This document shows, piece after piece, positions 11,095 through 22,954 of a DNA stretch of 64,000 bases (within the stretch, counting starts at the first letter, position 1; each line of letters opens with the position of its first letter). Source of the stretch: Octopus sinensis (lineage: Eukaryota); the NCBI RefSeq assembly GCF_006345805.1, contig NC_043024.1, positions 11,470,001 through 11,534,000 of the forward strand. Reading direction: 5' to 3'. A program made the position numbers and the translations under genes. Below the pieces are notes generated by a model that did not search any database, was not told the DNA's origin, and saw only the letters and a program-made list of their open reading frames with translations.

Positions 11095-14000
11095 ACAGAT
11101 AAGAGAGTAAAAGTGACACACAACTCTTTTTCACTTTAAGCAGAGTTACCATTCAAGGAGTAGGTGCAGGAGTGGCTGTGTGGTAAGTAGCTTGCTTACC
11201 AACCACATGGTTCCAGGTTCATTCCCACTGCGTGGCACCTTGGGCAAGTGTCTTTTACTATAGGCTCGGGCCGATCAAAGCCTTGTGAGTGGATTTGTTA
11301 GATGGAAACTGAAAGAAGCCCGTTGTGTATATGTATATTATCATCATCATCATCATCGTTTAACGTCTGTTTTCCATGCTGGCATGGGTTGGACGGTTTG
11401 ACTGGGGTCTGAGAAGCCAGAAGACTGCACCAGGCTCCAGTCTGATCTGGCAGTGTTTCTACAGCTGGATGCCCTTCCTAATGCCAACCACTCCGTGAGT
11501 GTAGTGGGTGCTTTTTATGTGCCACCGGCACAGAAGCCAGTCAAAGTGGGTACTTTTTATGTGCCACCGGCACAGGTATCACAACTACAATTTCCATTTA
11601 TATATATGCATGTGTGTGTATATGCTTGTGTGTCTGTGTTTGTCCCCCCAACATCGCTTGACAACCGATGCTGGTGTGTTAACGTCCCCGTAACTTAGCC
11701 GTTTGGCTAAAGAGACCGACAGAATAAGTACTAGGCTTCCAAAGAATAAGTCCTGGGGTTGATTTGCTCGACTAAAGGCGGTGCTCCAGCATGGCCACAG
11801 TCAAATGACTGAAACAAGTAAAAGAGTAAAAGAGTAATGCAAGTACTCACTCATCCTTAAAGCTGACCAATCCGTCCTTGCCACTCTGATGGACAAATAT
11901 GATAGAGGAGGCTGCATAAGGCCACTACTATCTTTCTAATCAACACACCTAATCTTATCGTGCTGTGCTGCCAGCCATTACTCACTCTCCCCTGACCCAT
12001 CTCAATTGCCACCCTTCACCTACTCTCCCTTTTAGCTCACCACCCATCTCTGCTATTGCCATTCTCTGCCCATCTCCCAGCTTAATCCAAATAGCCCTGT
12101 CTTTTCCCAACATACTCTTTTTAGCCTCTATGAACCGAACATGTGGCTGAGCAGGATACCATGGAGGAAGAACAAATTTTTTCCCTTACTCGTGTTCTTT
12201 AAACTGTCTGGGATGTACTTGAAAAGTTTGAACCTCAACTGTTCCCATTCTCTCTTCATTTTCTTCACTCGTATTTCCAAGTCATGTTCAGCAACGGCCG
12301 TACGATAAATGGACATGATTGTCTGTTCGTGTTTGGCCAACTTTAGAGATATCAGTTCTTCAACGATGTAGTCTTTCGTGACATCATACACAGCTCCCAT
12401 TCCATCAAACATGGACTGCCAATGGCGGGACTGAAATTGTAAGATAAAAAGAGAAATAACATATATTCAAAATCAGGTCACTAACCCTTAAGCATTTAAA
12501 CTGGCCACATTCAGTCTAAATATCTTACCTATTTTATGCTCAAACTAGCCGGATCTGGCTTTTTGTACCTAACCTACAATGTCATTCTAAAAATAATCAC
12601 ATCATAATCATCATTGTTTAATGTCCACTTTCCATGCTGGCAAGAGGTAACAGCTGGGATTTACCTTAACTACCTACATTCATCATCATCATCATCATTT
12701 TGCGTCTGCTTTCCATGGGTTGGACGGTTTGACTGAGGAAGGCGGCGAGCTGGCAGAAACGTTAGCACGCCGGGCGAAATGCATATTTTGTCTGCCGTTA
12801 CGTTCTGAGTTCAAATTCCGCCGAGGTCGACTTTGCCTTTCATCCTTTCGGGGTCGATAAATTAAGTACCAGTTACGCACTGGGGTCGATGTAATCGACT
12901 TAATCCCTTTGTCTGTCCTTGTTTGTCCCCTCTGTGTTTAGCCTCTTGTGGGTAGTAAAGAAATAGGTTTGACTGAGGACTGGTGAGCCAAGGGCTGCAC
13001 CAGGCTCAATCTGATCTGGCAAAGTTTCTACAGCTGGATGCCCTTTCTAATGCTAACCACTCTGAGAGCGTAGTGGGTGCTTTTACGTGACACCGGCATG
13101 AGGGGCCAGTCAGTAGGTTCTGGCGATCATTGCAATTTCATAGCAATGCATGATTAATTAAAAATATTGCGAATAAATAAGCATTGCATTTGACCCTTTC
13201 AATACCTGTGGACCCTTTCAATACCTAATTGTGGACCCTCATGGCTATTCAAAGTTTAAAAAAATGTTTATATCTTTATAATTAGATATTATTAGGTATT
13301 GTATAAAAAAAGCCGTTCAAATATTGTGTATTTTAGAAGTATAACCAATTTTTTGCATATAATTTTTAACAAACTGTTGTAGGGAATTAGTAATAATGAT
13401 ACACTCCTTCCATGTGATGAGTGGAATGAACCAGTCACTATAAGTAAGGTGATGTCGTCCAGTATTGAGAGAGTACCATAAATCCTCGAGTATAGTCTGC
13501 CCTTGAGTATACTACGCAGGGGATTTTTAGGGGGCTGTACTTCTGAAAAACGTAAATTTTCTGAGTGGAAATTTTCACTACAACAATATGAGAGAATATG
13601 AATAGAAAAACAGAAATGGAAAGTGGGTAACTAAGTGCAGTGGAGCATGGAAAGAGGTGTGACGGATGATTAGAGATGAGGATTGCAGTGGATGGAGTGA
13701 ATAATAGTTTGGAGGAAGAGAATTGAAGGAAAAAAAAAGTATTCAATCTGAATAGTCCTAGGGTTAAACAACAACAACAACAACAACAACATTAACTTCA
13801 AGCTATTTAATATGGGGAGTTCTTGGTTTTATGGGTATTGTGAAAGGTCTGGTTGGAAACTCAATCTTCTGAGTTCTTTTACATGGCTTAGAAAAACTGA
13901 AGGACCCCTGCAATAAGTGTGTGAATCTGAGAGGGGAATATCTTGAATAAAATCATAATTAACGAACCATTCTGTTTTTTTCTTTTACCCAAAGCCAGGA

Positions 14001-17000
14001 ACTTTTCAACAGCCCTCATATGTATATATAAAATATATATATGAGGTGGGGCAGAAAAGTTCTTGGCTTTAAGGGTGTCACGAAATGCTAGGTTAGGGGC
14101 TCAATCTTCCGAGTTCTTTTACAGGGCTTAGAAAAACTGAAGGACCGTTGCAATAAGTGTGTGAATCTGAGAATGGAATATGTTGAATAAAATCATAATT
14201 AACAGATCCTTCTGTATTTTCTTTTACCCAAAGCCAGGAATTATTTAACACCCCTCATATGTATGTATAAAATATATATATGAGGGAGTGGGGGCAGAAA
14301 AGTTCTTGGTTTTAAGGGTGTCGCAAAATGCTTGGTTAGGGGCCCAACCTTCCGAGTTCTTTTACAGGGCTTAGAAAAACTGAAGGACCGCTGCAATAAG
14401 TGTGTGAATCTGAGAGGGGTATATGTTGAATAAAATCATAATTAACTGATCTTCATGTATTTTCTCTTACCCAAAGCCAGGAACTTTTCAGTATCCCCTC
14501 ATAATTCTGCTCCCTGTAACCATAGCTTCAATCCCAGAATGCCACAGTGTTTAGAACGGGGACAACACCAGCCCTGACACTTACCTTGAGGAAGGGAGAA
14601 GACATGATTTCCAGAAGTGGTAAGGGTCTTATGAAATTGTCCAAATGCTGCTCCCAAAACTTCAAGACATTATCGCCAAATGGCAGCAAGGATTTGAGCG
14701 TCTGTGCTGCGGTTTTCCATTCTTCTATCTTTTGCAGGGTTTGGTTAACGTTCATCTGCAAAAATATCGTAACACGTCAGTTTAGCATAAGAACTGGTAG
14801 GCAGGTATGAGGCCACAAACTGTAAAATTCATTATCATCATCAGCATCATCATAGTGTTCTTTCACTCAACAACAACAACAACAACAACAACAACAGATT
14901 CCCCTCATTAAAGACAATGCATGAATGTTCAGCTTTTTGCTTAACACCCTGCACAAATGATTTGTTTATAGTGATCAAATGTATGCGTTGTACACCAGCT
15001 CACCTGCCCCTCCATCAAATCGATGTCACCTGAACAGGTGCACAAGTGTATCACATGTCAGATGGGTGTCAAAGTGATTCCAGAGCAACGTGAGATGAAG
15101 TGTTTTGCTCAAAAGCACAACACCCCACCTGGTCGAGGAATTGAAACCACAATCCCATGAACACGAGTGCAACACACTGACCGCTCGGCCATGCATCCTA
15201 CAATATCAAGAACATCAATATCATTCACGGTTCCCATCTATTTACCTTCTTGAACAGCATCTTCTTCCATTCACTTGTATGTTCAATTGTGCTTCTCAGG
15301 TATTTCCACAGGTCAAAGCGGGCATCCATTTCGGTGACCATTCCGTTTAGGAAGCTCAGATCGTACGATTCACCACAGATAGCTTTTTTCCATTTATTCA
15401 GATTTAACAGGCTTTCTTGATTCCCTTGGAATTCGAGACGGATCTAAGAAAAGACAAAAAATCCAGCGAAGTGAATCCAGGATTTATTTATAATCCAGCA
15501 AAGTGAATCAGATGAAATACATTGTGATAGCTTACCTTGAGCAATCCTAGATGCTCCTTTCCACTCAATAGGGTTAGCCATAACTTGGATTATAACTGAG
15601 TACTCATACAGCACCTGCTGGGATACTCTATATAGATATCATGTGATTACGTGACCGACCAGACCATCAGATGATGCTACACATAGCTGGTCCCGATGCA
15701 TTCGCATTGTTTTAGCCTTCGAATGACGCCACCCCGCTGGCCAAGTGAGCAGGCCAACAGAAGAAAGTGGGAGAAAGAGTGGTGAAAGAGTACAGCAGGG
15801 ATCACCACCATCCCCTGCCGGAGCCTCGTGGAGCTTTTAGGTGTTTTCGCTCAATAAACACTCACAACACCTGGTCTGGGAGTAGAAACCACGATTCTAC
15901 GACCGCAAGTCCGCTGCCCTAACCACTGGGCCATTGCGCCTCCACCTATATAGATATGTACCGTAAAAACCCATGTAATTTACACACTTTTTTCACAAAA
16001 ACAAAGATAAACTTCAGGGGGTGCGTAAATTACATGAGTGGATTGTTTCCAGAATTTTTTAGAAATATTTTGTTGAAAAATGATGTACAAATGTAAACAT
16101 TTGTACCGGAAGTTGACTCATTTAATGTCAGAATAGGTTTTACAGAAAAAATATAATGAAGTTGACTTCTATTTATGCTGGACGGTATAATGCTTACTTT
16201 TTCTGTATATATTTACTAAAACCATTAAATGGTAAACAACTTTTTGAAGTTTGACATTCATGTTGGTAATCACAGTCTGGGCCATATTTTACTGCATCTA
16301 ATGCTGACGACTACATCATAACTCATCCTTGCGCATGTAGACACACTAAGTGAATATGACATAGCATTCCTACAGAAACCTTCATTTACCTAATACGATG
16401 TTTAATGTCGTTTCACATTCATGTTGAATTATGCAACCTTATGTTCTCTTCATAGAACACTTGTAATGTATGTGTCACCAGTTCTTTTGGCATAGTAGAA
16501 GTTTACTATTCTTGTTTATGTCTCCTCACAGACATGTATATTCTAACAAGTCACTTCTTAAATTTCGCACCTCTCTTGTTCAATAAACACCGAGTTAAAC
16601 TTGCAAAGTCCCTTTATTTTCTCTTTTCGATTTTTAATGTTTGTTTCAGCGGATTACCAAACTATCACTTTGGTCTCCCGGCTAAAACAGTAATGACAAA
16701 TCTTTAAGTTTGCCTGACATTTCATATGTGTGAAAGGGATTAAAATTTCAATACTCCATATCAAAGGTTCCGACAAGAATAGACACTTTCGACCAATCAG
16801 AATTCTGTTTACAAAATCGGTCTGATTGGTCACCTTCCTCTGTCGGTTGAATAAAATGTCATCCAAGCTGATGTTTATCAGTAATTAAATTTATTTTGCA
16901 ACACTTGTGCATATTTATCAGCTTTGGTTTTGTTGATAAGAATTATCAACAGATTTTCCTGTGATCGTGATTTGAGAAGACATTCAGAAATATGTCTAAA

Positions 17001-18805
17001 GATCGGACATAATCTCTTCTGGCCAGGAAATGCAAAATAAAATTTATTATAAACAACACAAACACTTTGTAATTTAATAACTTTCAATGTGATACCTGCT
17101 AAACAGAAATTATTTTTATTTAATGAAAATTTAATAAAATCTAATCATCATCATCATCATCATCATCATCATTTAACGTCCGCTTTCCATGCTAGCATGG
17201 GTTGGACGGTTCAGCTGGGGTCTGTGAAGCTGGAAGGCTTCGTCAGGCCCAGTCAGATCTGGCAGTGTTTCTACGGCTGGATGCCCTTCCTAACGCCAAC
17301 CACTCCGTGAGTGTAGTGGGTGCTTTTTACGTGCCACCTGTAAAAAGCACCCACTACACTCACGGAGTGGTTGGCATTAAGTGAAATTATGCTAAATACA
17401 ACTAAATTGAAAATCTTTTCTCCCCCTGGCCATAGCAGCAATTCTGAAAACTTTTGGGTGCCAATTTTACATGAGTAAAGCTTTCTTTAACAATTTTTAT
17501 CCTGAAACTCACCTGCGTAAACTATACAGGTGTGCAAATTACATGGGTTTTTATGGTATGTATGATGTATGTATATACATGTGAAGGTGCGTGGCTTAGT
17601 GGTTAGGGTACTCGACTCACAATTGCAAGATCGTGAGTTCAATTCCCGGCGACGCGTTGTGTCCTTGAGCAAGACACTTTATTTCACGTTGCTCCAGTCC
17701 ACTTAGGTGGCAAAAATGAGTTGTACCTGTATTTCAAAGGGGCCAGCCTCATCACACTCTGTGTGTCATGCTGAATCTCCCTGAGAACTACATTAGGGGT
17801 ACACGGGTTTGTGGAATACTCGGCCACTTGCACGTTAATTTCATGAACAAGCTGTTCTGTTGACCGTATCAGCTGGGACCCTTGTTGTGCTCCAACAATA
17901 TATGCTTTAAGAAACAAGTACTGACAGCTGTTGAAAAATAAAAGGTGACCCAGGATGGGAATTAAGTAATTTTATTGGTTCTGGAAGAATGAAAAAACAG
18001 AACCCAGGAGCAAATTACAGGTACTGAACTAAACATAAGCAGTAACCCAGAACTCGGAAATAACGGTCAGTGTTGTGTTTCCCCAGGGCCATCTTAGCAA
18101 CAGTCAGTACAGAGGGCCCTGGGGTATTCATTTATTGACATTAAGCTGCAGTATACATCATCATCATCGTTTAACTTCCGTTTTCCATGCTAGCATGGGT
18201 TGGACGGTTCGACCGGGGATCTGGGAAGCCAGAAGGCTGCACCAGGCTCCAGTCTGATCTGGCAGTGTTTCTACAGCTGGATGCCCTCCTTCCTAACGCC
18301 AACCACTCCGTGAGTGTAGTGGGTGCTTTTTACGTGCCACCTGCACAGGTGTCAGGCGAGGCTGGCATCGGCCACGGTCGGATTGGTGTATTTTACATGC
18401 CACCGGCACGGAAGCCAGTCGAGGCGGCGCTGGCATCGGCCACGAGTCGGATGGTGCTTTTTACATACCACCAGACCAGGGGTCCTGGCTGGTTTAATTA
18501 CACAGATCAAAATTGGGCCCCTAGATCTGTGAGGCCCCTAAGCAACTGCCTAGTGTGCCCGTGTCTTAAGACAACATTGGATTTTATCAGGAAATGTTTT
18601 GTGAAATGTGAACAAGGATATAAGTACCTCTTTGATCTCGTCCACCATGGCCGAAGCGGGGTTTGATGGGTCCAAAAACTTACCCCCCATTGCTTTCTGG
18701 TGTAACAAGGTGACACAAATCTCCAATTTCTGTAACAGAGAAAAAGAGAGAGAAAGAGAAAGAATATTATAATAATAATGATGATGGTGGTGGTGGTGGT
18801 GGTGG

Positions 18806-18837
<32 letters not shown>

Positions 18838-18873
18838 GTGGTGATGATGATGATGATGGCGATGATGGTGATG

Positions 18874-18926
<53 letters not shown>

Positions 18927-19147
18927 GGTGATGATGGCGATGATGGTGATGATGATGGCGATGATGGTGATGGCGATGATGATGATGATGATGGCGATGA
19001 TGGTGATGATGGCAATGATGATGATGATGGTGATGGCGATGATGATGATGACGGTGATGATGACGGTGATGATGACGATGATGATGGCGATGATGGTGAT
19101 GATGATGATGATGATGATGGTGATGATGGTGATGATGGTGATGATGG

Positions 19148-19187
<40 letters not shown>

Positions 19188-19432
19188 GATGATGATGGTG
19201 ATGATGACGATGATGATGATGATGATGATGATGATTGATGATGATGACGGTGATGATGACGATGATGATGATGATGACGGTGATGATGACGATGATGATG
19301 ATGATGATGATGATGATGGTGATGGCGATGATGGCAATGATGATGATGATGGTTGATGATGATGATGATTGATGATGATGATGATGATGGCGATGATGAT
19401 GATGATGGTGATGATGACGATGATGATGATGA

Positions 19433-19463
<31 letters not shown>

Positions 19464-19498
19464 TGATGATGGTGATGATGACGATGATGATGATGTGA

Positions 19499-19529
<31 letters not shown>

Positions 19530-19758
19530 GATGATGATGCGATGATGATGATGGTGATGATGATGATGGCGATGATGGTGATGGCGATGATGATGATGAT
19601 GATGGCGATGATGGTGATGATGGCAATGATGATGATGATGGTGATGGCGATGATGATGATGACGGTGATGATGACGGTGATGATGACGATGATGATGGCG
19701 ATGATGGTGATGATGATGATGATGGTGATGGCGATGATGGCAATGATGATGATGATGG

Positions 19759-19798
<40 letters not shown>

Positions 19799-19819
19799 GA
19801 TGATGATGGTGATGATGAC

Positions 19820-19859
<40 letters not shown>

Positions 19860-19986
19860 GTGATGATGGCGATGATGGTCATGGCGATGATGATGGTGAT
19901 GATGATGATGATGATGGTGATGATGGCGATGATGATGGCGATGATGGTCATGGCGATGATGATGGCGATGATGATGATGGTGATGG

Positions 19987-20059
<73 letters not shown>

Positions 20060-20134
20060 GATGATGATGATGATGCGATGATGATGATGATGATGATGAT
20101 GGTGTGATGATGATGATGATGGTGTGATGATGAC

Positions 20135-20179
<45 letters not shown>

Positions 20180-20265
20180 GATGATGATGATGATGGTGAT
20201 GATGGCGATGATGATGGCGATGATGGTCATGGCGATGATGATGGCGATGATGATGATGGTGATGG

Positions 20266-20362
<97 letters not shown>

Positions 20363-20397
20363 GATGATGATGATGATGGTGATGATGATGGTGATGA

Positions 20398-20488
<91 letters not shown>

Positions 20489-20711
20489 GATGATGATGAT
20501 GATGGTGATGGCGATGATGATGGTGATGATGATGATAATGGAACTACTATAATGAAAAGACTGCTTTGCCATGTGGCCGAACAGTACACAGCTTAAAGAA
20601 AGTTAGTTAAAAATTTCCCCTTCCTCTTTTTTTAAAATTTTGTTTATCCCCTCAAGAGTGGTGTAGGGGTCTTCATGCATACAGCAAAGGGCCAGACACA
20701 CACACACACAC

Positions 20712-20782
<71 letters not shown>

Positions 20783-22916
20783 TAATGCATACAAAAACAT
20801 ACAACTTATGCCCATACATATCAAGCACACCTTGCATTTCTTTCTTTCTTTTACTTGTTTCAGTCATTTGACTGTGACCATGCTGGAGCACCGCCTTCTA
20901 GTTGAGCAAATCGACCCCCAGGACTTGTTCTTTGTAAACCTAGTACTTATTCTATCAGTTTCTTTTGCAGAACTGCTAAGTTACAAGGAGGTAAACACAC
21001 CAGCATCGGTTGTTAAGTGATGTTGGGGAGACAAACACAGACACACAAACACACACATATATATACATATATACAATGGGATTCTTTTAGTTTCTGTCTA
21101 CCAAATCCACTCACAAGGCTTTGGTCAGCCCGAGGCTATAGTAGAAGACACTTGCCCAAGGTGCCACGCAGTGGGACTGAACCCGGAACCATGTGGTTGA
21201 TAAGCAAGCTCCTTACTACACAGCCACTCCTATGCTTATATATATATATACAACGGGCTTCTTTCAGTTTCCGTCTACCAAATCCACTCACAAGGCTTTG
21301 GTCGGCCCGAGGCTATAGTAGAAGACACTTGCCCAAGGTGCCACGCAGTGGGACTGAACCCGGAACCATGTGGTTGGTAAGCAAGCTACTTACTACACAG
21401 CCACTCCTATGCTTATATATATATATACAACGGGCTTCTTTCAGTTTCCGTCTACCAAATCCACTCACAAGGCTTTGGTCGGCGCAAGGCTATAGTAGAA
21501 GACACTTTCCCAAGGTGCCACGCAGTGGGACTGAACCCGGAACCATGTGGTTGGTAAGCAAGCTACTTACCACGCAGCCACTCCCGTGCCTATACATCCC
21601 TTATTTAACAGTGACATGCAATTACAAGTGAAATCTTACTTTAAATTTTTCGTCTGATTCCGATATGGCCCATGGTGTTTGCGCACTGACATAACTGTTG
21701 ACGTCTGACATTTGTTTCTGAAATTCTGCCCATTGCTTCCACAAAGCGCGGTTTTCTCTGAACTCATCAATGGTCTGTTCCCGGAAATATCGACTAATTA
21801 TCTGTTCATAGAAATATAACAATAATGAATTTTAAAATATCTGTATACAAATACAAGGATAATAATCATCATCATCATCATCATCGTTTAACGTCCGTTC
21901 TCCATGCTAGCATGCGTTGGACGGTTCGACCGGGGATCTGGGAAGCCAGAAGGCTGCACCAGGCTCCGGTCTTATCTGGCAATGTTTCTACAGCTGGGTG
22001 CCCTTCCTAACGCCAACCACTCCGTGAGTGTAGAGGTGCTTTTTACGTGCCACCTGCACTGGTGCCAGGCAAGGCTGGCATCGGCCACGGTCGGATTGGT
22101 GCATTTTACGTGCCACCTGCACGGAAACCAGTCGAGGCGGCACTGGCTTCGGCCATGATTCAATAATAATAATAATAATAATAATTAATTCTTTTTATTG
22201 GCCACAAGGGCTGACACACATGATTAGAAAATATAAAGGGACAAAACAGGACGAAAGGTTACAAAGGGTTTTGTCCGTTTTTCGAAAGAAAAAGGTACGT
22301 GTAAACAAGCTTTACAACAACGGAAAAAAAATTCAACAATTTACAAAACTCCCAATAGAGGAGACGCTTCGAAAAAAGAAAAGGTCTCACGTGGAAAAAC
22401 CCATAAAAGCCACGGGAGCCTGGTCAGCAGCTGTTCAAGAATTTGGACCTGGAGATCTCCATTTCCCGCGACTTCGAGGGCCACCTCCCAGTGGTGTTGG
22501 GCGTCAACAAAGAGCCCTCGACTACAAGACTACCAAAGTTGTTTTTTTTTTTTCCAAGGTCTGGGGTCTCCCGCCCCTAAGCCCTAGGCCATCACCTAAT
22601 CACCCTTATCCCGTCTTGTTGCTTAACAACAACAACAACAGCACCAGCAAGAAGAAGAAAGAAGAGGAAGACAAAGAAGAGGAAGAAGGCAAAGAAGAAG
22701 AAAGAAGAGGAAGACAAAGAAGAGGAGGAGGAAGAGGAAGAAGAAGAAGAAGAAGAAGAAGAAGAGGCGGAGGAGGAAAAGGAGGAAGAAGAAGAGGAGG
22801 AGGAAGAGGAGGAAGAAGAAGAAGAAGAAGAGGAGGAGGAAGAGGAAGAAGAAGAAGAAGAGAGGAGGAGGAAGAGGAGGAAGAAGAAGAAGAAGAAGAA
22901 AAAGAAGAAGAACAAG

Positions 22917-22954
<38 letters not shown>

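Noticed and set aside
15536-15614. Possible extra exon with a strong AAG|gtaagc donor between exons 24 and 25
   Set aside because: No pyrimidine tract; the frame that fits exon 25 has a TAA; exons 24 and 25 already join cleanly.
18507-20572. Long poly-His/Met/Ile/Ser ORFs (up to 601 aa), and similar long ORFs at 33104-34966, 35024-36778, 39615-40557, 124-1063 and 57049-57888
   Set aside because: Stop-free frames of microsatellites inside dynein introns; no domain content apart from the real exons they overlap.
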